Below, one piece after another: positions 29,046-40,470 of a stretch of DNA of 64,000 nucleotides. The DNA is taken from the NCBI RefSeq assembly GCF_009914755.1, contig NC_060925.1; one strand, given 5' to 3'. Both the position numbers and the translations under genes were made by a program. Position 1 is the stretch's first letter. Every line of letters begins with the position of its first letter. Origin of the DNA: the human T2T-CHM13v2.0 reference genome, Homo sapiens. The notes under the pieces were generated by a model. The model saw only the letters and a list, made by a program, of their open reading frames with translations, was not told the origin of the DNA and searched no databases.

Positions 29046-30760
29046 TATTTTCCTATATACTTGATATTTTTGTGCATCTGCCCATGAGAATGTAGTGTAA
29101 GATCAAAGGATGCAAGAATGGGTTCTATCCAGTATAGTACCCACTACACTGGTGGATGTCAATATGTATTTGTTAGATTAATATCTCAAGAATGAGCACC
29201 TTTCTCAGACACATAAAAGATGCTCAATATAAAAGTTTGTTGAACTGAACGTTATTGGCAAATGTAACATGATCGGATTTAAAGAGGAGCGAAACAGAGG
29301 TCTGGCTCAAACACCATACTTCTAGAGTGCATAAGAGGTAGCAGTTGATTACCACTGGCGACAGGAGAAAAAAGAGCTTGACCGCAGGGTACTGTGAAGA
29401 CATTTCAGGTTGATGGCACAGAACAGGGGAAATACATAAATGTGTGGGAATATTCAGTGGTCTGGGATGACTACATAGTAGAATATAATGAAGAAAAGAG
29501 TGGAAGGGAAAGATGAAAAGTTGGAATGGGGATGAATTATGAAAGTACCAGAATGTTATGCTAAGGAATCTAGATTTTAAAATGTGAGGGCAAATTGAAG
29601 TCCAGGGCACGTTACAAAACTAGAGGTCATAAAGTTTACCCTAATTTACCAAGATTTCCTAGAGGATCTAGAATTGGAATCCAGATCTGCCTCTCTGTAA
29701 AGTTCAAGCACTTTCCATGACACCATACTGTTTCTTTCCACCTGCACAATGCAAATGAACTCTTATGAAACTGCTGTTTCTATCCTGGGCTAAATGTTGC
29801 AGAAAAAAGATTTAATCTTTGGGATAAGGCTATTTTGGGTTTTCTCCTCCTTCTTGGGAAACAAGGTTTTCTTCCCCTGGCTAATTAAGTGTGGTATTGT
29901 TCTTCCAGGGAAATCAGTGATGCATCACCTGCTGCTATCAAATGTCAGGGTTGGAGTTCCTGATTTATTGCATGTGCCCACAAAGCTTGGTGCAAAGAAT
30001 TGGACACATTTCCCAAAAGTAAGACATACTGGGAAGTCCCTGTTTACCTTCCTGGTATACAGCATCCTCCAGCCCCATATCTTTGCTTTTTAGTCCTAAA
30101 ACTCAATAACTGAACTCTCATTGATGTCTAGGCCATTGTAGTAAACAATAAAGAAGGAGGGAGGCTTCTGACAACTGAGAGGAAATTGTCATCTGAAGTG
30201 GTGCAAGCACAGCCTGGGGCTGAGCCTTGGCCTACATCCTGCCCAAGTGGAGGATCAGTGCCCCATTTAATATCTGGTAGAACTAAAGAACGCAACTCCT
30301 GCCACAATGACTTATTTCCCTGCATTTGATACCGTCAATCCTTGAGAAATGTTTTCTTTTGTTCTCCCTGAGCAAAGGTTGGAAAAATTTGAAATTTACC
30401 TAGAGACCACACATAGTTCACATCCTGCTGTGTGGCTGAATGTCTGCCCCCCAGTAGGAAACAGTTCTTCTAAAGCCTATTGTCAACAATACCTTCCAGA
30501 TGTTAGCATTTTACAATTTAAGGAACTTAAAATAGGCTTCAAACTTTTTGCCAGTTTCTCTGATATCCAATCTATTCTTTTACTCTGCCTCCCAAGCTTT
30601 CTTTCTAGAATGCTAACCTGATCGGCTTAAGTACTTGAACTACCTCTTCTCCTCCATTAACTACAGAGTAAATTCTGGTCTTCAGAGTAACAAGAAACAC
30701 CCTTTAGTTCTCAGCATATTCGTGCACCTTCATTTATCTCTCCTTCTCTCTCAAAGCTGC

Positions 30761-31406
30761 AGTAGGGGTGAAAACGTGTGATACATTTTCTCTTCCATCA
30801 TAAGGGTCGCAACCAAAACTCCTATAGTAAAAGACAGGTTAATAAGAGCAAAACCTAACAAATTTATTTAATCAAAGTTTTACATGACATGGGAGTCTTC
30901 AGAAATGAAGACCCAAAGACCCAGGGGAAACTGTCTGTTTTTTTTGCTGAGGTTCGATGAAGAATGGATAGCATGTAGCCATGTAGATTAGACAAAAGGA
31001 TATGATCTAGTGGTAAAGGACTCAGGGGGAAACACAGCAAGGCCTGTCTATTCAGATTCTTCTTGATCTCTCTCTCTCTATGTATAGCATTCTTTCCTCC
31101 TGAGTATGGGGCAGGACTCTTCTTCAATGAGGGTCTTCAAGGGAGAAGGGAGAAAGTGGCCTTTTTAGATTTTATGGCTTGCTTCGGGGAAGAGGAGTTC
31201 TAGTTTCTATGACCCATCTTGGGGAAGAGGAATTCTGGTTTCTGTGACTTGCTTTCATGAAGAAAGAGGAGTAAGAGGCAGGAGGGCAGGAGATGGTCAG
31301 AAAGAGACTTGGCTGCTTCTGAGGGCTTCCGCTCTCCTTTAGTTCCAAGTACTTCTTAGCATGCCAAAGCACTATACTTTGGCATATGGTTTTCTGAGCT
31401 CTAACA
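30761..31406 (-). mobile_element. ERV1 MER4-group solo LTR (MER31/MER67-like)
   Basis: 'gtcttcagaaatgaagacccaaaga' motif; ends 'ttctgagctctaaca'; 4-bp TSD CTGC (30757-30760, 31407-31410). Confidence 0.75.
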
Positions 31407-32380
31407 CTGCAATCATGCTAAACTCCTCTATGACCTTCAAACATTCCACTTGCTTTTATTCTTTATGGTTGTGATGGCATAGAGGTCAATAGCAAAGACC
31501 CTGGAGTCCCACTGTCTGAGCTGGCATAACATTACTACCACTTAATCAATGTGTAAGCTCAGGTAAGTACTTAAGTCCTCTATGCTTCATCTGTAAAATG
31601 AGAATCATTGAAGAACATTCTCTCAGGATGGATCATGAGGAATAAGTGAATTAACTGGCATATAGTGCTTAAACCAGTGCCTTGCTCAGTTAGTGACAGA
31701 TAAAATCATCTGTTATTACTGTGCCCACTATTGTGATGCTCTTCTCTTCTTTGTACAACGACTACATCTCTATTTATCATTTTAGGGTCTCCTTGTGAAA
31801 AACCACTCCAGATTCAAAAGATTGAGTTTAATCTCTATCCTCTGTGCTTTCCTGGAGTTTTGTAAAGTAAATCTTCACTTGACATCATGGATAGGTTCTT
31901 GGAAACTACAACTTCAAGTGAAAGGACATAACTAAACCAATTTTTTTCTCATCAACGTTATAATGAAATGGCATTGATGAAATGATGGCATTCAAGGACC
32001 TGCTGTACCTTGTTTCACTTAAAGTCACTGTTTCCAATAATCTATTGATGACATTGAGGACTTACTATATAATAATAAATATATATATAATCGACGAAAC
32101 AGGAATCAAACTGCTAACTCTGCTAACTGGTCTCCCTGCTTCCACACTCTGCCCACTCATCTCAGTCTTTCTTTCACAAGAGTCAGAATGATCAGATGAG
32201 ACCCCTCCTCTGCTTCTGTTTCTTCCATGGATTTCCACTGCACTCTGATAAAGTCCAGCCTCTTGACCACAGCCTACAAATCCTTGCACGCTCTATCGTT
32301 TACTTTTCCATCTCCTTTTATGCTACTTTCATCTTGTTCTCAATTCTCTAGCTATGCTGGCCCCTTCTTGTTCTTTCCCA

Positions 32381-32893
32381 TTTTTTTTTTAATTTTTAAA
32401 ATTTGTATATATTTATGGGTTATAAGTGAAATCTTTTTAGATGCATAGGTTGTATAGTGATAAAATCAGGGCTTTTAGGGTATTCATCACCTGAATGATG
32501 TACATTGTACCCCTTAAGTAATTTCTCACCATCCGCTGACTTCTTGCCCCCTGGGTATTCATCACCTGAATGATGTGCATTGTACCCCTTAAGTAATTTC
32601 TCACCATCCGCTGACTTCTTGCCCCCTGGGTATTCATCACCTGAATGATGTGCATTGTACCCCTTAAGTAATTTCTCACCATCCGCTGACTTCTTGCCCC
32701 CTCATCCTTCTGAGGCTCCATTGTCCATCATTCCACACTCTACATCTATGTGTACACATTATTTAGCTCCTACTTATAAGTGATAACATGCAATATTTGT
32801 CTTTCTGTGTCTGTCTTGTTTTACTTATGATAATGGCCCCCAGTTCTATCTAGGCTGCTGCAAAAGGCATGATTTCATTCTTTTTTATGGCTA
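32381..32893 (-). mobile_element. Old L1 (L1MA/PB-like) 3' fragment
   Basis: Poly-T start; perfect 12-bp TSD TGTTCTTTCCCA (32369-32380, 32894-32905). Confidence 0.88.
32478..32702. repeat. 3 x 75-bp tandem repeat
   Basis: Units start at 32478, 32553, 32628; one substitution (gtAca vs gtGca) among the copies. Confidence 0.97.
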
Positions 32894-35485
32894 TGTTCTT
32901 TCCCAATTTAGATAAAGAACACTCGCACTTGCTCTTACTTCTATTTGGAATACTAATTCCTAGGCTTCTTGCATTGCTTTCTCCTTCTCACCCATCAAAT
33001 CTCATTTTAGATACCACCTCTTCAAAGAGGGCTTTCCTGACCACCTTGGCTGAATTAGCCCTTCACCATCTGATTACTCTCTAGCACATCACCTGCCCAT
33101 TTTATTCATGGTACAGGTCAAAATCTGGAATCACCTGATTTGTTTATTTTCTGACTCCTTCTACTGAGATGAAAACTCTACTAGAGCGGAGATTTTATCT
33201 GCTTGTATCAGGTACTGCTTCAAACAGCACCTGATACAGAGTAGGTGGTCAAAAGATATTTCTTAAACAAATGAATAAATAAAAAGTAGATCTTTTGAGA
33301 GTAAAGCTCTTCCACACTACCAGAGTCATTCAGGAATGACAAATCATAGAATAACAGAATTTGATGCTTTGTGCATATCAGAGAAAGAAGGTGGAAGGTT
33401 GTCAAGGTATCATGATGTACCAGTCCTCGCCTCCTCAAACACAATCTGCAAGTCCCACAGTGAAAAAGTAAGTTAACTCATGTGAAGCGTTTTACAAACA
33501 CTTTTTTAAAAGTCTTAAAACTCCTAAGAAAGCAAGATTTAATAGTCAAAGAAGTGAGTAAACATGAAATGCCTGAACAGAGTAATGAGCTAAGCACAAA
33601 GTTAGAGACATGTTAGTTAATATGTCTTGAAAGCAGCAGCTCCTGCTTTCAAGGAGCAAGAACAAATTGGGCAAGTGAACACTCCTTGAATAAAATGTGT
33701 AAAATTAATTTTGGGTTATGTTCTATACTGTGTATAATAGAATGATAAAAATTATTTGACTAGCACTTTGTAGTTTAGAAATATCTCTATTTACACAGTT
33801 TACCTTATTTGATAAGACTGTTGAGTGATGGGATAGCATGGTGGACAATCCACATAACTGAGTATCGAGACACCTGTATCTGGACCCAGCTCTGTTAGTA
33901 AGAAGCTGTAACCTCAGCAAGTCACTTTCTCTTTCTGGGTCTCTATTTCCTTTTTGGTGAAATGAGAGTGTTAGGCTAGATTGCCTTTGAAGTCCCATTT
34001 TGTCTTTAAAGTCCCATCTATTGCAGTGATTTATATTTAACTCATGACAAATCAGGCTTCTCTTATTCTAAGTGCAAGACATAAAACTTTTATTGTGGAA
34101 TTTCAGGCATCAGTAAATCTTTTTGGGTACTCACTTATGTTCCTGAAATCAATCTATTTGAGTGATCACTCTTTTAGGTGCCCAGGTAAACAAAGAAGGC
34201 CATGGTCTTTCTTTGAGTGACCTTCTTTCCCTTTTAATTAGTCTGACCTCTTTAATGTCAGTTCTGACTGATTCATTTCCCTGGTCCATCTTCCTTGGTC
34301 TGAGGGCCTTCCTAGTTTCATATTGCACTTCAGTTCCTTCCACACCACCATCAAGGATGGCTGTCAACATTCATTTGTTCTATGTTATAATTCAAGGAAA
34401 AGTTGCCCAGTAGCTAATCCAATAAATGCCCTCTTATGGGCGGCTAGAGACTTTTTCCTATAATTTAAATGCATCTTCTGTAGATTATGGTCCCTCCACC
34501 ACTTTACATTTGTCTGCTGTCTCCTTGCTCTGCTAGTCATGGAACGTGTTGGTAGTGGGGGCAGTGTGGGATGTTCAAGGGCACGTATTGGGTAGGGCCA
34601 CATATGGGCATTGCTTTGTGCCATTCTTTCTATATTTTTGGTATTTTGCATCTCACTGGAACCCAACTATTTTTCATCTCTTCCACCTAAACTATTTGAT
34701 GCCTCTGTTTCTTATATATAAAGTATAGCTCACTGTAGCCTATGATCAGGAACCTATCTGCTTTCTAAATGAAAGCTGTTTTGGTCAGATCTAGCAATTA
34801 ATTCCCTTCTTCCACTTATAGCTTTCCTCTGTAACTCTGGTGTAGGTATTTGGTATATGGCTATAAGATGTGAAACACCTGAATGATTCTGTCCATGCAG
34901 GCATTTCAGTTCATGATATTGTATGTAAAAGATACTGATTGTCTAGGTGTTCAGAAACACCTATAGGGCTTAATATTCTTACAATCAGTTTGAAGGCTGG
35001 TGATACGCAAAGCAAACTACATATTTTTCTGCCTGCTCTCTCTCTTTCTCTCTACATCTCTCTTTCTTTATCTTTTGAAATATCAGTTTGGAGACTTAGA
35101 ATTACATAAGACATAAACCCATTTGATATAAGAATTGCTGTGTATATTTGCTCATCTACTCCCTCCTTTGGTCCTCGAGCTGCCGGTTTAGACTTTTTAC
35201 AGGACGCAGGCATGTGAAGGAGAAACTGTCAGTGCTAGGCTGAATTCTGTTGTTACCAAGATTTCTAGAAAAGTATTCCTCAGTCAGGTTGATTACAGAT
35301 ATAGCAAATCTATTTTTCCTAGGGTAGTTTCTGTATGCTGCCGGGCTTATAACTGTCTGTCATCCAGCTATTTCTCTCCACCTTCTTGTTTGCATAACAA
35401 CCAAGGCAACTTCCGCAAATCACTGCGTGGAGACGATGATCCTGCCAGCTCCCTTTTGGAAATCGTGAGGATCAGATCTTGGACC

Positions 35486-35543
35486 ATGTATAATATGATG
35501 CTTCTAATCCAAAAGAGGAAAGGCATTGGGAGTCAGCTCCTAA
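35486..35543 (+). CDS. RGS4: RGS4 upstream coding exon of the long (302-aa) isoform
   Basis: ACC-ATG context; MYNMMLLIQKRKGIGSQLL; donor A|GTAAG at 35544 joins in frame (A+GG = Arg) to the acceptor at 35803. Confidence 0.75.
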
Positions 35544-35770
35544 GTAAGCTCCAGAATTCCTGCTGGTACTTTTCCTTCCAGGAAGCAACTTCCTTGATAT
35601 TTTTTTTTTACAGGCATATGAATAAAAACTATATTTTGCAGCATTGTACACTTTTTTTCCTTTTCTAGAAATTCTAAACCTCTGACATTGGTGGAGACAT
35701 TGAGTACATTTTTTCCCATATCCCTACTTTTCAGAAGGATTTTCTCTGCTCGTTCACTTAACATTGCTGA

Positions 35771-35888
35771 TGCGTCAGTCTTTTCTTCCTCATCTCTTTC
35801 AGGGGCTGGAGAGGCAGAGGGAGACAGAGGAGCTGGTACTGCAGAGCGGTCGTCTGATTGGCTGGACGGTCGTAGCTGGGCTATAAAA
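35771..35888 (+). promoter_or_regulatory. RGS4: RGS4 proximal promoter: CRE-like site, inverted CCAAT box, TATA box
   Basis: TGCGTCA 35771-35777; CTGATTGGCT with ATTGG 35857-35861; TATAAAA 35882-35888; local CpG enrichment; inferred start site ~35910-35915. Confidence 0.8.
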
Positions 35889-36035
35889 GAGACCCCTACA
35901 GGCTTAGCAGGAAGACGCTCAGAGGATTCTGACAATATCTTTACCGGAGAAGAGGCAAAGTACGCTCAAAGCCGAAGCCACAGCTCCTCCTGCCGCATTT
36001 CTTTCCTGCTTGCGAATTCCAAGCTGTTAAATAAG
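35803..36035 (+). CDS. RGS4: RGS4 long-isoform in-frame extension (promoter/5'UTR of the main isoform)
   Basis: Polypyrimidine tract and CAG acceptor at 35802; open frame AGEAEG...KLLNK runs into Met1; 58+233 = 291 nt = 97 aa. Confidence 0.7.
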
Positions 36036-36079
36036 ATGTGCAAAGGGCTTGCAGGTCTGCCGGCTTCTTGCTTGAGGAG
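36036..36079 (+). CDS. RGS4: Regulator of G-protein signaling 4, coding exon 1
   Basis: MCKGLAGLPASCLR(S); A at -3; donor GAG|GTAAGA. Confidence 0.98.
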
Positions 36080-38406
36080 GTAAGATTGCTTTCAGCCATT
36101 AACCATATTAAACTTTTGGCTAGACTTTCTCAGTTATTTACATGTTGTACTTACTAACCTAGTTCTGTGCAATTAGAAACAGTGTGGTCAGGAGAGCACG
36201 ACTTTCTAACTTTCCTCCAAGACTAGCTAGATATTGTGACTTAAGACATGTGCTCCCCAAATTTCAGCCCTTATGTGTTGTTTTGTGTGACCTCAGTTTT
36301 GAGAACTGTTCTATTCTTTAAGCCAGGTCTAAGAAAGCTAGTTTTAATTAAGAAGCGAGATGAGGTTTGAGGCTATGTACAGTGATCTGTAATATCTCCA
36401 TCTGTGATTACTACTGCTATTTGAGCATCCCTGGAGTACATAGAAGCCTGGCTCTGGGCTTTCTGATTGTATGCTACAACTTGTTTCAGGAAAGGTACCC
36501 CAGAATGAGGTTTGGCTCCATCATCAGAAAGGCACTACGCTTTCCGTGTGGTGGTGCAGTAACTTTCACTCTCTATGTTCTTATAAGAAAATGTTACAAT
36601 GAGATATGAGTTTTAAAGCCAGATCTTCCTTATCTCTCTGCCCCATCTCTAGTTCTTGAAGTGTCTCATATGAGTTTGGTTGAGAAATATTGATCATTAC
36701 AAATCAGTTAATAGTTTTGTAGAAGATCTCATCTTAAAGACATTGTTTTGTTAATATACTCCCTTGATTTTTTTAAAAGACCTTACAGACATACAGCTAT
36801 TCATTTGTTTTTGGTTTGTTCAAAAAAGGTATAAAGAAATGCATTCAGAGAAAGATCATATATTAGCCAGTTGAAAATTAAACACAAAATGAGTGCATAT
36901 TACATTACTTAATCTTGCAGTCAAAGGTAAAAAGTCAACCTAAAGGTATACTACCTGCTTTCTTATCGCACTGCAAATAGAAATTACCACAAATTTTATT
37001 TTGGAAATAATCTCAGAAAACATAATTTTTTATGTACTATTAAAACATTTACTTTCCAAATATTCTGTCATTCAGGAGTATGGAAGTATCGATGGCTTCT
37101 TTAAAATGAAGCAGGAGGGTCTGGCAGAGAGTATCTATGAAATAAGTTCCTCTGACCTTCACGCTTAATTTTCTGAATGGAGTGGAGCAAATTACTTCAA
37201 GCTTCACTTAACTTGCATATGAAATGAACCGTACAAAAATACAAGAGTGTCAGGATAAAGTTATGCTCTGGTAAATATTTTGCAAAACAGATAAAAGATA
37301 ATACTAGAGCTCTGTCCTCAAAGAGTTAAGCAGCTAATCTAAGGAGGTAAACTCTATGTCAGCAGGATGAACTGCTCTTCCCTTTCCTCCTCAATAAATT
37401 GCAAATCATCTAGTCCAACATCTTTACCACCAGTGCCTGAGGCTCCAGAGGAGCCATTGCCTTCTCAAGGTCACATAGGTGGTGGGTGAGTTAGGACCAA
37501 ATCTAGAATTCCTGACTCCAGTAACTTCTGAAGTCATTTTGTTTTTTATTTTTATGGTTTTATTATAAGAATACTTGCTAAGCACACTTACCCCCTGCAT
37601 TGATTAATAACTCTAGGATCTCAGGTGGATCCAGCACATAGAAATATGAATTCGTTTCTATTTGGACTTCATGATATATTTACATTATCACCTTGGAATC
37701 ACCCTAACATTCAGGATTGTATCTTGTTATAATCAAAAAGGATGTTGCATCCCCTGAACAGTCATCAGTCAGGGAAGCAGAGGAGGGAAAGTAATCTTGC
37801 GAGGAAGAGAAAATACTATTTAAGGGACAGTCAGAGAACATAATGGAATTCAAACTTTCTGGGAAAACCTACATACATAAATGTATTAGTGGCCATCCTA
37901 AATGTCTTTATATCTTTGAGGCTTTATTTTCCCTACTCCAAATAGACACATTTAGTTATTCATTTCTTTTAAAATGGTATTTCTCTTTTTAAACTATTTC
38001 TTGACTTTTTTAATAAAAAGAGATGCAAGCAAGAGGATATTTAATAAAAAGTAAGAGAGTTGAGCTTAAGGCTTATTAAAAGACCCCCTTTTTCTAGTTA
38101 GTCAGGAGCTCTAATGTGCCCTGGCTACCTATTAAATGGTGGCAATAAACTGGAAGCTCAGTGATGACTCTAGCCTGCTTCTCCTAATAGCTGTTAAGCC
38201 TCAAATGCCCTTTAGAGTGTGTATGTCCTTTAAAGTAGCTATTAAGAAGGAAAGCAGCAGCAGCAGATATTGTCTAGAAAGAAGCCCCAAGAAGCTGAGG
38301 TTTCAGCTTGGGCATTTGTTTTCGCCATCCCATGCTCCATTTCCCTCTGCTGGAACTGTGCACCTCAGTGTATTCTCCCTCTATACCTCACAGCAGGAAC
38401 TGCTTG

Positions 38407-38431
38407 CCCCCCCCACCCCCCCCCCCCCCCC
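38407..38431. repeat. C8-A-C16 homopolymer in intron 1
   Basis: Read directly. Confidence 0.9.
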
Positions 38432-38954
38432 AACATACATGGCTGGAACTGAATAGACTTTTACTTTCCCGAGGTGCTTCTACAGTTCCCTCTGCCAGCA
38501 GGGGAACAGATGGAAATAGCAATCACCTGCCAGAAGGTGGCGTGCAGCAAGGATGTGCATCTTTTGCCGCTACTGCTTTCTGATTCCTAAAAATTACTCA
38601 GAGATCACTCATGTGTTCAGTGATTCAGGTTCTGTTGAAGATACCAAAGATATTCGGTTGGTCAAAATGACGGGCATATAAAGGCTTCTCAGGTTTCTGA
38701 GGTAAACTGAAGGGTCAGAATTCCAGTTGTGGATGAAGGAAATGGTGTTATGACTGCCTCAAGGTTTTGTAGCAAGTCATAGGGAACCAAAAGAGGAATC
38801 TTGTTTTCCTCAGAGGTCATGCCAACTCCAACTCCCGTTCCCTAAACTGTCTCTGAGCCATAGACTAGTAATGGACTCTTCAAGCTCTACCATTAGGTAT
38901 CTTTTAAAGAAAGCTGGTTATTACTATTTATTCATTTTTTTCTCTTCTGTGCAG

Positions 38955-39059
38955 TGCAAAAGATATGAAACATCGGCTAGGTTTCCTGCTGCAAAAATCT
39001 GATTCCTGTGAACACAATTCTTCCCACAACAAGAAGGACAAAGTGGTTATTTGCCAGAG
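38955..39059 (+). CDS. RGS4: RGS4 coding exon 2
   Basis: CAG acceptor; [34 protein letters not shown](R); GTAAG donor; 105 nt. Confidence 0.98.
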
Positions 39060-39364
39060 GTAAGAGAAAAGGCCTTGGTGAAGATGTACTTAGTATTAAC
39101 TATCTGATGATGGGGATGTTCTGTGAGAAGGAACTTGTGCTCCTAGTTAAGCCAGATTTGGATCAAGATAGCCTCCATTTTCATGGAGATCATAACTACA
39201 TTTGAAATTTCTATACATTTAGTGAAAAACTGCCCTCATCAATAACATATTTTGTCATAACGATGGAAAATAAAATCTTTGCCTTCATTCAGGATCTTAG
39301 ATTTCTTGCCCCAATTTTTTTACCATGGCATTCCAATTATTCTGTTTCTCTCTATTTTTTCTAG

Positions 39365-39426
39365 AGTGAGCCAAGAGGAAGTCAAGAAATGGGCTGAATC
39401 ACTGGAAAACCTGATTAGTCATGAAT
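39365..39426 (+). CDS. RGS4: RGS4 coding exon 3
   Basis: TAG acceptor; [20 protein letters not shown]; GTAAGT donor; 62 nt. Confidence 0.98.
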
Positions 39427-40015
39427 GTAAGTCTGACAGCAACCTGGGATGAGGTACTCTGGATAAGACAAGTTATATTATGCTGGTCTAATAGAAACTG
39501 CAGCAAGGCCTGGCTTCTTTCTGATGTTCAGACTCAGGAGACTCTTTAGGTCTTAAATTCAGTCTGTTTAAAATTTTAATATGCCCTAGAGCTTTGTGAT
39601 ATACAATGAAAAGTTTATGCAGGAACCATGTGGAAAACCATCTCTCTCATCACAAGGAAAAACGGAAGAGAGAAAAAAAATGATAAATATCAATACCTTC
39701 TTGCAAAATCAATCTCAGTTTCTCTTTCCCAAATTGACCTTGGTAATTGATAGCTGCATAGGCATTTCAGAAGCAAAATACTTCCTTGAAAGAGGCTTCC
39801 AACTTGAGTAAGAATCATTAGGTAGAACTGGGAACCACTGGATATCAAACACAGATTAGGGTTACCTGACTCCAGGTGACTTGAAAAAAGCAGGGGAAAA
39901 AGGGATTGCTTGAATCCATGCTTTATCCCCCAAGTACCTCAGCTTTATGTGAAATAGCATATCCAAGAGGCCAACCAGTGTGATGACAACTGTGGTCCTT
40001 TCTCCTGTATCATAG

Positions 40016-40182
40016 GTGGGCTGGCAGCTTTCAAAGCTTTCTTGAAGTCTGAATATAGTGAGGAGAATATTGACTTCTGGATCAGCTGTGAAGAGTACAA
40101 GAAAATCAAATCACCATCTAAACTAAGTCCCAAGGCCAAAAAGATCTATAATGAATTCATCTCAGTCCAGGCAACCAAAGAG
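40016..40182 (+). CDS. RGS4: RGS4 coding exon 4 (RGS box)
   Basis: [30 protein letters not shown]...QATKE; GTAGGT donor; 167 nt. Confidence 0.98.
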
Positions 40183-40191
40183 GTAGGTTTT

Positions 40192-40470
40192 TTATGGATA
40201 CATAAAAATTGTACGTATTTATGGAGTATGTGTGATATTTTGATACATGCATACAATGTGATAACAATCAAATCAGGGCAATTGCTATATACATATCTCA
40301 AACATTTATTATTTCTACGTGTTGAGAACATTCCAAATCTCCTCTTCTAGCTATCTTAAAATATACAATAAACTATTGATAACTATATCACCCTAATGTG
40401 CTATCAAACACTAGAACCTATTCCCTCTACCCAACTTTCTATCTATTCCTTCTACCCATTAGCCAACCTG
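40192..40470 (-). mobile_element. L1MA-type 3' fragment directly after the exon-4 donor
   Basis: Same antisense L1 tail motifs as at 480-700 and 1480-1594; flanked by imperfect direct repeats 40174-40191 and 40471-40488. Confidence 0.85.

Noticed and set aside
32478-32702. Regular repeats resembling a CRISPR array, and a repetitive 94-aa ORF
   Set aside because: Head-to-tail units without unique spacers, inside an L1 fragment in eukaryotic DNA.
35688-35802. N-terminal part of the 131-aa sense ORF (MVETLSTFF...)
   Set aside because: TTG start inside the small upstream intron; only the part from 35803 fits a spliced isoform.
35540-35935. 131-aa antisense ORF over the promoter
   Set aside because: Starts at TTG, has no recognisable domain, and is probably a shadow of the GC-richer sense frame.
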